Below are positions 10,588-21,473 of a stretch of DNA of 32,137 bases, piece by piece. Made by a program: the position numbers and the translations under genes. Source of the stretch: Octopus bimaculoides (lineage: Eukaryota); the NCBI RefSeq assembly GCF_001194135.2, contig NC_068984.1:104753824-104785960 (forward strand). The letters are read 5' to 3'. Positions within the stretch are counted from its first letter, which is position 1; the number at the start of each line of letters is the position of its first letter. The notes under the pieces are model-generated. The model was not told the DNA's origin. It searched no databases and worked only from the letters and a program-made list of their open reading frames with translations.

Positions 10588-11362
10588 CCAATCACACATA
10601 CACACACGCACATGATATATTATGATTAATAGAAGCACTAGATGGTATTTGAATAAATAGAGATGTAAGAAAATTTGTGTTTGTGTTTTTTTATTGGCCT
10701 CAAAAAAGCAGATACTATGGTTGCACTATATATTTTCTCTGTGACTACAAAAAAAAAAAAAAAAATCCAGTCTGACTAGTTTCTTTATTTTATTTAACTC
10801 CCCATTCAGAAGTTAGTTACTCATTTTTCTAACTATAGACTGACCAGTAAATTATACTTATACACAAACTGGGATGGAACCTAATTTATACGGTAGTTTA
10901 CTATGGTGTATACCCAAAGGTTTTAGCTGCCTCTACATTTGTAAATTAAATTTACTGAATATGCACAACAGATGTAAATGTCTGCTATGTTTATTCAATC
11001 TCACTGTGGATGATAAAAGAGGAACTGACTGGACGATGCTATTTTAAGTATTCTTAGACTATCATCAGCAATTACTTACCTTCTGTTTTACTACCCCTGT
11101 GAAATTGTATTTAAGTATTTTGATACCAACCCATGTAAGACTGCTTCTGGTTATATGATACAAACTTCATGTTTAAAGAGATCTTACTTTAAACTTTTCA
11201 TTAAAATTGCATGTTATGTTCCACAGGCATATGGCATAGTGGTTAAGAGCATGGGCTACTAACCTCAAGATTCTGAGTTCAATTCCAGGCAGTGAACTGA
11301 ATAATAACAATAACATCAGAAAATACCTTAGGAATGAGAACCCAGGTTCGAAATTTCCCCAA

Positions 11363-11408
11363 GACACCTGATGAAGGATGGAGGGTATATCAGTCAAAAC
11401 GTTGTGAT
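11363..11408 (+). ncRNA. Degenerate Penelope-type minimal hammerhead ribozyme
   Basis: GACAC CTGATGA A GGATG-GAGGGTATAT-CAGTC AAAA CG TT GTGAT. CUGAUGA is intact, G12 is mutated to A (CpG-type), stem II has one mismatch, stem III is the ACGU palindrome. Confidence 0.6.
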
Positions 11409-11423
11409 AACAACATACAAAAT

Positions 11424-12089
11424 CATCATCATCATCATCATCATCGTTTAACGTCCGCTTTCCATGCTAGCATGGGTTGGACGATTTGACTGAGGACTGG
11501 TGAAACCGGATGGCAACACCAGGCTCCAGTCTGATTTGGCAGAGTTTCTACAGCTGGATGCCCTTCCTAACGCCAACCACTCAGAGAGTGTAGTGGGTGC
11601 TTTTACGTGTCACCCGCACGAAAACGGCCACGCTCGAAATGGTGTCTTTTATGTGCCACCCGCACAAGCCAGTCCAGGGGCACTGGCAACGATCTTACTT
11701 GGCTTGCCGGGTCTTCTCACGCACAGCCCATTTCCAAAGGTCTCGGTCCGTAGTCATCGCCTCGGTNNNNNNNNNNCAGGGGCACTGGCAACGATCTCGC
11801 TCGAAAATCCTACAGGAGCCAGTCAGGCGGTACTGGCAACGGCCACGCTCAAAATGGTGCATCTCATGTGCCAACCGCACAAGAACCAGTCCAGGGGCAC
11901 TGGCAACGATCTTACTTGGCTTGCCGGGTCTTCTCACGCACAGCCCATTTCCAAAGGTCTCGGTCCGTAGTCATCGCCTCGGTGAGGCCCAATGTACGAA
12001 GGTCTTGCCTCACCACCTCAGCCCAGGTCTTCCTGGGCCTACCTCTTCCACGGGTTCCCTCAACTGTTAGGGTGCGGCACTTTTTCACG
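11424..12089 (-). mobile_element. 5'-truncated RTE-clade LINE with 6-bp TSD
   Basis: Encodes KKCRTLTVEGTRGRGRPRKTWAEVVRQDLRTLGLTEAMTTDRDLWKWAVREKTRQAK*, then 3' UTR and (GAT)n tail. TSD CAAAAT at 11418-11423 and 12090-12095. Confidence 0.9.
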
Positions 12090-12344
12090 CAAAATGAGGA
12101 CAAATATCCGTCAAATGAAAATAATGTAAATAATGTACAAAGTTGGTTTGTTAAATTCTTCAAGACTTTCAAAATTAATTGAAACAAAGACTGATTTTTT
12201 AACAGAAATATGTTAAAGTCCCTGCTACACATACAACCAAACCAGGCAGACAACAAAATTAAATTTACAGAACTAAATTACTTTGATAGCAATAAAAGTG
12301 CAAATGAATATTAATTAGCTTATTAATTAGTTAACAGAAACACT

Positions 12345-12590
12345 ATGTTGCACTCAGATCTGGTGTGTGTTTTCAGCTGTTATTGCTTGACACTGAGTTG
12401 ACCTTGACTGAGTAGATCTATGTTCAAGTGCAACCTAGCCATGCTCATCTTACCTTTACTCCACTGTACTCTGAACTACATTAGGTAACATTTCCTTCCT
12501 GTTTTAAGATGGTAGGAAGTATTTTGATGAAGATTTGGATATTATTTCTCATGGGCAGAGTGGCCATGCTGAGGCTTCCTTTGTTGGCTC
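12345..12590. mobile_element. Unclassified SINE-like repeat family D, degraded
   Basis: Motifs shared with 25240-25385 (CTACATTA/CTATATTA; TTTAAGATGGTAGG/TCTAAGATGGTAAGG). Confidence 0.35.
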
Positions 12591-12961
12591 AGTTGTATTA
12601 GCTGGAATTGGAATATTGTTGGTAGTTGTAGGCTTGAGAATAGGGGATATAGTGGGTGCAAGTGCACCCCCTAAAATTTTAGGGGTGTAATGAAAATGCA
12701 TTGAACCTCCTCCTGAAAAACTGGTTTGCACTGCCTAAGCAAATTTCATTCCAGCACTTATGTTAGTAGTAGTGGTCTTGCGGCTACTGCTGCTACTACA
12801 ACTGATTCTACTACTGCTACTACTACTCTAGGAAGTCTGAAAAGAGCATTGATATTGTGACCCTGTTTCCGTCAATCCATTCACCACCCACTGAACTTTA
12901 CATGATTATAATACACTATAATTAGTATCAAGCTAACAAAGGAATTTATGGGGATAATTAT

Positions 12962-12997
<36 letters not shown>
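12962..12997 (+). repeat. (GTA)n microsatellite
   Basis: Read directly. Confidence 0.95.
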
Positions 12998-13923
12998 CAC
13001 CATTAAAATAATTCTAATACTATAACTACTTAGTTATAATCAACATGATCAGGCTATTTTATACTAGTGTTTCTCCAATTCATCTATTGATTAAAAAAGT
13101 GAAAATTTGTCTCCCTTTGACATGCACTCTTTGATCAATTTTGCATAAAGAGATACATTCCTTATTGGATTTCATTTTCCCTATCTGCCAATTACAATCA
13201 GCCCTTGGCATTTGCTCATTTAGTTTCCCCAGTCTTTGAAATGATCAGTTCATTAAGATAAATGCCTCATGTAAACTACTGTACTCCATGTGTACATATA
13301 CATGTTGATCTAAGCTAGTTAATTATTATTTTTGTAGAAAATAAAAGTATATTACTACTATTGCAAAGGCATTTTGTCGTTTATTCAATAACCTTAAATA
13401 TTTTCTATGATCCTATGCAGGGGTGTAAATTGTATTTCAATGACAGATTTTCACAAAATTTATTTACAGCAAAAAGATACTTTGGCTCTAATGGAGTACT
13501 TAAAATGATTGGAAAACTGATATTCTGAGTTCAAAGAGTTAAAATAACTTTAGGTTGATTGGAGAATATGCTGTTCAATAATAGTGATGAGGGTTGAATG
13601 TAATAAATCTATAGATGATTATCACTACTGGGTATGAACACAATGAGCACACTCATTCATGTTGTCTTTATTGAATATACCACTGATAGTAAAAGGAATA
13701 CACACACACATACAATTTATAGGAACATATATATATATTTATGTGTGTGTGTGAGTGAATGTAAATGAAAGTTATGGAATGACTTGGTAGAATTATCATT
13801 TCTTAGATGAAATGGAGACAGAGACCTGATTATAGACAGACCGATTCCATTTTATCAGTTTGAAGTAGAATAGGAGCGAAGTAGGTCAGTTGGTAGATGA
13901 TTAGTTTGAAGATTTCATATCTA

Positions 13924-14176
13924 TATATTACACACATATATATACTATGCATATATGTGCATGTGAGTGTGTGTCTGTGTCTATGTATGTAGGTATATAT
14001 ATATATACATCCATACATTTGTATGTGTATGTGTGTGTATGTATGTATATATATATGCACACACACACATATGCATATATATATTTACATATACATTTAC
14101 ATATATGTATATACATACACACATATATATACATATATATTATGTATGTATGCGTGTATGCATATATAATGTATGT
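13924..14176. repeat. Compound TA/CA/TG low-complexity tract
   Basis: Read directly. Confidence 0.9.
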
Positions 14177-14468
14177 GTTATTTGGCTCCTTGCACCCACC
14201 TACCCATAGATATATTGAGATTATTGAGATTTATTGCCAATGATAAGAAAAAAAAAACAGTTCTCCCCAATCATAATGCATTTCTCTTGTAATGAATATG
14301 TTTCTATTTTTAAAATTCTTTTGTAAAAGGAGCAAAATGCATAGCATATGAAATATAAGGAAACAGTATAAAAAGACTGCAATATAGCAAGCATTTAGTT
14401 ATGTTGTTCTTTATACTGACCTGTAATTGCTAGAAGACAAGTAGGGATAACCTTAGAATAAGCAGAGG

Positions 14469-14512
<44 letters not shown>

Positions 14513-14535
14513 CAATAAAGTGAAATGTATGTGTT

Positions 14536-14574
<39 letters not shown>

Positions 14575-14576
<2 letters not shown>

Positions 14577-15085
14577 TATGATTATCATCTGCATCATCTT
14601 CATCCACATGATGTAAGGTTCATGTTCTATGCTGGCATGAGTTGGGCAGTATGATAAGATCTGATATGTCAAGGACTACGTTGTGTTCCATTGTCTATTT
14701 TGCTATAATTTCCACGGCTAGATGCCGTTCCTGACACCAACCACTTTAGAATGTGTACTGAGTGCTTTTTTCATGGCACCAGCATTAGTGAGGTTTCATG
14801 CCACAATATTATGAACCCTGAGAAAGATGACCTTATGCAAGGAAATGAGAGATTAAAGTATGTGAGAAGAGGTCAGAGTAGAACAGGTATGTTGATGTAA
14901 AAGAGCTATGAGAGTGGGGGTACTTAACATAGAGCTGAGAAGAGATAAAAATAGTGATAATGAAGTGTCTGGGTGGACTCTTAAGGTATGAACTGAGTAG
15001 AAGTTTGTGGAGTCAGAGAAATCAGGAGTGTAGGTGAGTCAGGTTGCAAGAGTGTTTAGACGAGTGGGAGATGGGAAAGTGTGAG
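14575..15085 (-). mobile_element. Degraded element with RTE-type tail
   Basis: TCTATGCTGGCATGAGTTGGGCAG...CTAGATGCCGTTCCTGACACCAACCACT matches the RTE tail on the minus strand. The purine-rich body mirrors 10020-10390. Confidence 0.5.
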
Positions 15086-15133
15086 GAAGTGTGTGTGTGT
15101 ATATATAATGAATAAAGAAAAGTATCGAGGGAT

Positions 15134-15135
<2 letters not shown>

Positions 15136-15205
<70 letters not shown>
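15136..15205. repeat. (TA)n microsatellite
   Basis: Read directly. Confidence 0.97.
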
Positions 15206-15208
<3 letters not shown>

Positions 15209-15424
15209 GGCATTAAGCATGCTAATTATATTTCCTTCACATACACACACATATATATGCATGCACATATACATACACAAACACAACACACATGCACACA
15301 AAGAAACAATATTGATTAAGCTACAAAACTTATTACAATGAAAAGTTGCAGTTTATTATATTATTGAAGGAAAAAATAATGTAGTCATTTGAGACATCAA
15401 TTGAGAAAAATCTTCTGGCATACT

Positions 15425-15459
<35 letters not shown>

Positions 15460-15578
15460 TACCATTTTTATTGATGTTGTTGTTATCAAATTGTGAAGTA
15501 TCTTTGCTTTATTTTGTTTTCACTGAAATTAATGTCAGCTTTGAAAGCTTTATGATATATTAGACAAATTTGAATACA

Positions 15579-15581
<3 letters not shown>

Positions 15582-15636
<55 letters not shown>
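15582..15636. repeat. (CA)n microsatellite
   Basis: Read directly. Confidence 0.97.
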
Positions 15637-15637
<1 letters not shown>

Positions 15638-15983
15638 CTACCCATAATGTACTATTATAAAATCAATTTCAATATGTCAAAAGCTTGCCACTCCCAAACC
15701 AAAATATCAAGTTTCAATGATGGCAGCAGAAAAGACCATATTATTTATATTTTAACAAACATTATTTAAAATATTTTAAACAAATTGCAGATTCACTTCA
15801 TGTTTAGTTCAACTGATTTTTTTTTTTTTTATTATTTTTTCTGTCAGGTAAATGACAAGTTCTACCTAAAGTAAATAAAACTTGACTAGCTCATTCACTT
15901 TCACTTCAGAAGATAATTTTGTACAGTCTTGATGATGATGGTGAAGGCTTTTGTTATAATTTATGTTTATTGGCTTTTACTAC

Positions 15984-16135
15984 TGTGGCTGTGTTGTTAA
16001 GAAGTCTGATTGCCTATCCCATGGTTTCAGGTTCAATCCCACCACTTGGTAACTTGAGTAAGTGACTTTCACTACAACTTTGGTCTAACCAAAGCATTGT
16101 AAATGGATTTGGTAGACAAGAACTGAAAGAAGCTC

Positions 16136-16166
<31 letters not shown>
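15984..16166 (+). mobile_element. 5' part of SINE family B (tRNA head plus CORE-like region) ending in (TG)n
   Basis: TGGCTGTGTTGTTAAGAAG...GGTTCAATCCC...AACTTGAGTAAGTG...GGATTTGGTAGACAAGAACTGAAAGAAGC, collinear with 25872-26250. Confidence 0.7.
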
Positions 16167-16168
<2 letters not shown>

Positions 16169-16217
16169 ATACATGTGTATGTACGAGTACGTACATACAT
16201 ATATGCTTGTGTGTGTG

Positions 16218-16325
16218 TATGAGGGATTATTCAAAAGTAACTGGAAACGTTCTCTGTGGGACAAGCTCATTATGGTTCAGACTTCCACGACTACCACTAG
16301 AGGCCATTTGATGCGATCCTACTAT
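16218..16325 (+). mobile_element. Possible mariner-type terminal fragment
   Basis: TA followed by TGAGGGATTATTCAAAAGT resembles a mariner TIR start, and CCACTAGAGGCC resembles a subterminal motif. No partner TIR was identified. Confidence 0.3.
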
Positions 16326-16876
16326 TAAAACTATCACAGTTGCTGAAAACTTAGTGTACATCACTCTGGGGATATCAGGAGGATCTGCATACAACAAGCT
16401 GCCACTTCTGTTAGACTTTAGGTCTTGCTCAACATGGTTCTCATCAGAGAAGAGCCAAAGCATGCCATGTTCATGGGAGTTTTTAACCTTGTTAAGTAAT
16501 TGTTTCGCATGAATCAAACAGTTTTTCCATGTCTTTGCAGACATATATTGGCTTCTCCTCAGTAAGACTTGTCCCCATGCACTACAGTTCTAATAGTCCA
16601 CTCCAACACTAAGATTTCTTTGGTGATAGTGCTCTTTGACTTTCCAGTATTCTCACTGAAAATGTTCTGAACTCAGTGGACGAAATACTATGTCCTTATA
16701 GTATCTGAAAGTTTAGAATGCATTTCCCTTTTTATACAGTTGAAACATTCCTGCCCGAGGTTTCCAGTTCTATCTGAACTTTGTGTACAAAAGATCTGGC
16801 AACATTTTGAAAGTAGCAATTTCTAAATCACTGTGTTCCACACATATAGCCAAAATGACTGCATTTGTGTTAGCAT
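16325..16876 (-). pseudogene. Tc1/mariner-superfamily (maT/DD37D-like) transposase relic
   Basis: MLTQ..AVILAICVEHSDLEIATFQNVARSFVHKV...MSAKTWKNCLIHAKQLLNKVK...LWLFSDE...DIPRVMYTKFSATVIVL. The FSDE first catalytic Asp and TKFxAxVMVL motif are present, with stops and frameshifts. Confidence 0.75.
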
Positions 16877-16978
16877 TTTATCTGACATAGGGGATCTGGA
16901 AAAAAATAAAGACCTTTTAATTGGTTTGAAGAGAATAATATACTGATAATTTAGTGTCCTCAAATAACCCTTGCACCT

Positions 16979-17000
16979 TGTGTGTGTGTGTGTGTGTGTG

Positions 17001-17080
<80 letters not shown>
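16979..17080. repeat. (TG)n microsatellite
   Basis: Read directly. Confidence 0.97.
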
Positions 17081-17084
<4 letters not shown>

Positions 17085-17195
17085 AATTTAGAACAAACAG
17101 TAAAAGGGTGTCATTATAGTACTTGGAGTTTCAAATGTTGGAGTGAAGAGTTACAATACATTCTCGTTGGCTATTAATGGCAACAAACTCTATGA
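17079..17195 (+). mobile_element. Short 5' fragment of the Naiad-like PLE family at 18015-18997
   Basis: 74/85 identical to the reverse complement of 18848-18932. Confidence 0.75.
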
Positions 17196-17415
17196 AAAAA
17201 ACCATTGAGAAAAAAAGGAAGTAACTAATAGGTGGAAAAATATATAAAAAATACACACAACTATATTCTCACAATATATAGACATAAAACATCCTGCGTT
17301 TACATCTACATACGTATACACTCAGACGAACATGGATATGCACATACACACACACACATACACACAAGCATATATGTATGTACATACTCGTACATACACA
17401 TGTATCCACGCACAC

Positions 17416-17417
<2 letters not shown>

Positions 17418-17504
<87 letters not shown>

Positions 17505-17618
17505 TGTGTGTACGCAACCGCAACCTCATATACACATAGGTGCTTACATGCATACATGTAATATAATACATATATATTTAGACATTTATACATATAAATA
17601 TACATATATATATATATG

Positions 17619-17688
<70 letters not shown>
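17418..17688. repeat. Compound (TA)n/(TG)n tract running into an N gap
   Basis: Read directly. Confidence 0.9.
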
Positions 17689-18014
17689 NNNNNNNNNNNN
17701 NNNNNNNNNNNNNNNNNNNNNNNNNNNNNNNNNNNNNNNNNNNNNNNNNNNNNNNNNNNNNNNNNNNNNNNNNNNNNNNNNNNNNNNNNNNNNNNNNNNN
17801 NNNNNNNNNNNNNNNNNNNNNNNNNNNNNNNNNNNNNNNNNNNNNNNNNNNNNNNNNNNNNNNNNNNNNNNNNNNNNNNNNNNNNNNNNNNNNNNNNNNN
17901 NNNNNNNNNNNNNNNNNNNNNNNNNNNNNNNNNNNNNNNNNNNNNNNNNNNNNNNNNNNNNNNNNNNNNNNNNNNNNNNNNNNNNNNNNNNNNNNNNNNN
18001 NNNNNNNNNNNNNN

Positions 18015-18997
18015 AATTCAAACATTTAGCGGGGTCTAAGGAACTTTTCCAGATGAGCCATTTTTCCATATTACAAAGACCGCACTTGCCACTACTGTTG
18101 GTATAAGTTTTGCACTTGGCTATGATCTTCCAGTAAATCCTGTAGTTGACACCTTGTTCTTTTAGAAACCATATATAACTGGATAATTTGGTAGTTTTTC
18201 GTTTATTCCAGCCTCTGAAGCTTATGGTGTGATTGTTGAATCTTGCTTTGAAATTTCCCTCTGTGAGACCCATATATCTCTTGGATGAAACTGTATTATT
18301 AGCATTTGTGGAATTTACGGTGGCCTCATAAATAATGGACTTGATCATATAGGCTCCATTTAGTGGGCACAGGTCTTTATCCCTGCAGGAACAGCCAGCT
18401 TCAATTTGTCAGGTTGTACTGTTTTGTGTAATAATGCTTTTGAAGTTCAGGGTAGAACTAAAACTAATTTTTAGGTTATGCCTATTAAAGAGTTTTCTAT
18501 ATTTGTACTGTATTGGAAAATGTTTATCTATAACTGACAAGAGATCTTTAAAGGTCACTTTAGGGTAGTAAGGGCGTGTGAACCATATAATTTTCCTGTG
18601 TGTATGTTTTCTTTTCTTTATTTCTGCTCTAATAGTAGGGGTGTAAATTATTTCCTCTTTAAATTCACTAGCTTTAAGGGCATTGTCATATAGTGGAACA
18701 GCATTATTAAATATGTTTATATTGGAGGAGAGGCAAGAAATTCTCCTACATATGTTCTTAACTAAATTCTTAAACACTATGGGGGTGGGGGTGGCAGGAA
18801 CCTACATTAATATAACTAAGTCTATCGTTGGGCTTCCTATAGAGTTTGAGAATGTATCATAGCTCTTTGCTCCGACAATTGAAATTCTGAGTACTATAAT
18901 GACAACCTTTTACTGTTTGTTCTAAATTATAACATATATAGAAAAAGTCCTCTATTTCTCTAATATCGAGGTTTCATTCTTTTGTTGTTACTTTTTA
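18015..18997 (-). mobile_element. Naiad-like Penelope element lacking the RT core (thumb, linker and GIY-YIG endonuclease retained)
   Basis: YRKPNDRLSYINVGSCHP (frameshift) PIVFKNL...KIIWFTRPY...DKHFP...STT*QIEAGCSCRDKDLCPLNG...IIYEATV...RYMGLTEGNFKARFNNHTISF...WKII...KCGLCNMEK. CxCx5C linker, GIY-YIG and CxLC motifs as in C-terminal-EN Naiad PLEs (clade assignment from memory). Confidence 0.8.
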
Positions 18998-19016
18998 TTA
19001 TTATTATTATTATTTC

Positions 19017-19056
<40 letters not shown>
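18995..19056 (+). repeat. (ATT)n microsatellite abutting the PLE 5' end
   Basis: Read directly. Confidence 0.95.
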
Positions 19057-19059
<3 letters not shown>

Positions 19060-19114
19060 GTGTGTGTGTGTGTGTATAAGTATGTATGTTTATGTACATA
19101 TGTGTGAGTGAGTG

Positions 19115-19390
19115 TGAGTATGTTTGTATCTCATTGTCTTGACATTGAGTGATAGCTGTAAATGAATGCCATTCAGTTTCAATATTCTATGAAAATAAGT
19201 CTGGCAATGGAAAAAATTTCCTTGCTTGGAAACAAGTAAGGGTTGATGACAGGAAGGGCTTCTGACTATAGAAAATCTGCTTCAATAAACTCTGTCTGAC
19301 CCATGCAAGCATGGAAAAATGGACACTATGATTATGATGGTGATGATGATGATGACGATGATGACAACGACAACAGCGATGACAATGATA
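19115..19390 (+). mobile_element. 3' part of SINE family B with RTE-type tail
   Basis: GTCTTGACATTG...GGAAACAAGTAAGGGTTGATGACAGGAAGGGC...CCCATGCAAGCATGGAAAAATGGAC plus (GAT)n. Confidence 0.7.
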
Positions 19391-19824
19391 GCTTCAATTA
19401 GAAGGTAAGTTGAATGAACAACAATAAAGTGTTAAGTGATATGAGTTGCAGCATTTAAAAAACCATGAGGAAGAAGACAGTTCCAAAGGACAATAATCCT
19501 TAAAATTTTGAGTACATGTATTATATGAAGGAAACTTAGGTATGGGAAACAAATGATGAGTGGTGTAAGAAAAATTTTAGAGGAAATTAGGAGTGCAAGC
19601 TGTGACTTCTTAGAACCAGAGTTCATTAGAGAGGCAATAGATCAGTCAAATAGAACATAATAATAGATGAAGGATAGATAATTCTAGATATGGCAAATTT
19701 TATTCATTATACAAATGGCTTTCTTCTGAATGAAAACTGTCAAATTAATGACCGGAGTGCTACTCAGGATTTGAGAGCAATATTTCATTAACATATTCAG
19801 AGTGTTAAGCAACAAACTAGAAGA

Positions 19825-19945
19825 CTGTTAGAGTGACAGAAACAACATTTGCAATATTTATCTGAGTCCAAATCTTGCCAAGGTCAACTTTGTCTTTTAT
19901 TTTTTGAGAGGATCAGCAAATAAAATACTAGTCCAGTACTAGGTT
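19825..19945 (+). mobile_element. Degraded SINE family A fragment
   Basis: GAGTCCAAATCTTGCCAAGGTCAACTTTGTCTTTTAT...AAATAAAATACTAG resembles the family B box and core. Confidence 0.45.
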
Positions 19946-20699
19946 TGTTCTCTGTCTCTCACACTTTCTCTTTCTTTTACTTTCTCACTCTCTTTCTCTT
20001 TGAATTGTTCCTATTATTCAAAGATTGAGTCCTGTTACATTTCATCATTCTGATTTTGCCTGAGAACTGCTTTAAGGGTAGAGGTGTATATGAAAATCTC
20101 AACCACTACTTACACCTTAATTTCATGAGTAAAAATTCAGTTGAATGAACAGCTAAATACTCATCATTCAGACTGATGGTGAATCAGAGTACAAGAGTAC
20201 TGCACAGAGTACTAAATCCACGAACTGCTCTCAAATATTCAATTGATTCCCATAAAATTATGGCTCTGGTAAACCCATTTGATATGTAGCACTAGTACTG
20301 GAAGATAATATGAAGTCTTAATTTTAAAGCGAAAATGAATTTAGGATTGATAAAGTAGAAGTACTATAGTTTTACCAAATAATTCTTGATTTAATTATTT
20401 TTACATTAATAATAGAAAAAGGAAATTATAGGTGAGAGGAAAGGAGAAATAGGTGTTAAATCATGGGGTAGTATGAATTATTTAAAACATAAGTGTAGTA
20501 TTCTATTGCTGGAATGGTTCGAATACTCTGTCATAAATAGTTATCTTGTTATGCATCTGGCTGTATTGAGGAGATAAAATATCCAGTGTAGGTCACTAGA
20601 AACTACATTGATCTGTCAACTAATTTTGTGAATTTTGAAAAAGAACAGTGATGGTATAGTATATTACTCCAGAAGTAGCTGGAATATGTTTGCATGGGA

Positions 20700-20960
20700 T
20701 GTTATTACTAAAAAAAAAAGTAGTATATCGTGAAGTTAATGTTAAAGAAAAATAGCCAGTTAAAGAGAAATAGTTAGAATGGGGGAAGGGTTACTGTTAA
20801 AAAGAAGTAGTTAGTACATAGGGGTTGTTAATGTTAAAGAGTAGTTAGAATGTGGTTGTTTATGTTATAAAGTCGGTATGTGATGGGGTGTTAATTTTAT
20901 AGTGAAGTAGTGAATATGTGGGTGGGTCAGTGTTAAAAAGCTGGGTTAGTGTTAAGTAGC
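20700..20960. repeat. Degenerate minisatellite (GTTAATGTTAAAG...TAGTTAG-like unit)
   Basis: Recurrent TGTTAAA and TAGTTAG motifs at ~35-45 bp spacing. Confidence 0.5.
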
Positions 20961-21122
20961 ACAAAAACAGTCCTAATAATGCATTGTAAGAAATTTCTTG
21001 CTAATAAAGAAAAGAAATGAGACTCAGGTTTCATGTAAAAATTGTGATTTATAACAAATAAGAGTTAAATTATTGAAAGGAATGATGGTTTTCATTGTTG
21101 TTGATATCATGATTGTTGTTGC

Positions 21123-21379
21123 CATCATCATTGTCTTAATGTCTACTTTTCCATGCTTGCACAGGTCAGATGAAATTTGATGAGGTAGATTTTTTTTATG
21201 ATTAGGTGTTTTTTCCATCACGATCCCTTACTTGTTTCCATGTAAGATAATATTTCCTCTAGATCCTCAAATACAAATAGTAGACTGACTGACCACAATT
21301 TTACATAAAACTGCTAGTGAATGACATTTTGTGTATGATAATGACATTTGCTTTACAACTACAATGTAATGACAAGATG

Positions 21380-21473
<94 letters not shown>

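Larger units (their letters stand above)
11226..12139 (+). mobile_element. tRNA-headed SINE family E with an internal hammerhead motif, interrupted by an RTE insertion (SINE parts 11226-11423 and 12090-12139)
   Basis: A box TGGCATAGTGG (11232-11242), B box GTTCAATTCC (11277-11286), short AAT spacer, hammerhead-like motif at 11363-11408. Sequence resumes after the duplicated CAAAAT. Confidence 0.7.

Noticed and set aside
11080-11096. Minus-strand 17-nt microexon (TTTCACAG|...|GTAAGT)
   Set aside because: The pyrimidine tract is weak, no partner exons were found, and chance occurrence is likely in 32 kb.
11669-11983. Exact 98-bp direct repeat in the RTE insertion
   Set aside because: 11669-11766 equals 11886-11983 and abuts a 10-N gap. 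It is most likely a scaffolding or haplotype artefact in a repetitive 3' UTR.
13830-17690. Long ORFs rich in YI, CV and HT dipeptides
   Set aside because: They are translations of TA, TG and CA microsatellites and N runs, not genes.
18409-18411. Single in-frame TGA in the Naiad-like ORF as a selenocysteine codon (some Naiads encode selenoproteins)
   Set aside because: It does not align with a conserved Cys, and the context ACC-TGA-CAA fits CGA>TGA CpG decay. The copy also has a frameshift, and no SECIS is visible because of the gap. Revisit only if the family consensus keeps TGA.
18855-18897. Possible antisense hammerhead remnant (GAAATTCTGAGTA; GAAACTCCAAGTA in the 17120-17132 copy)
   Set aside because: It resembles GAAA-stem III-UA, but neither copy has a CUGANGA-type core.
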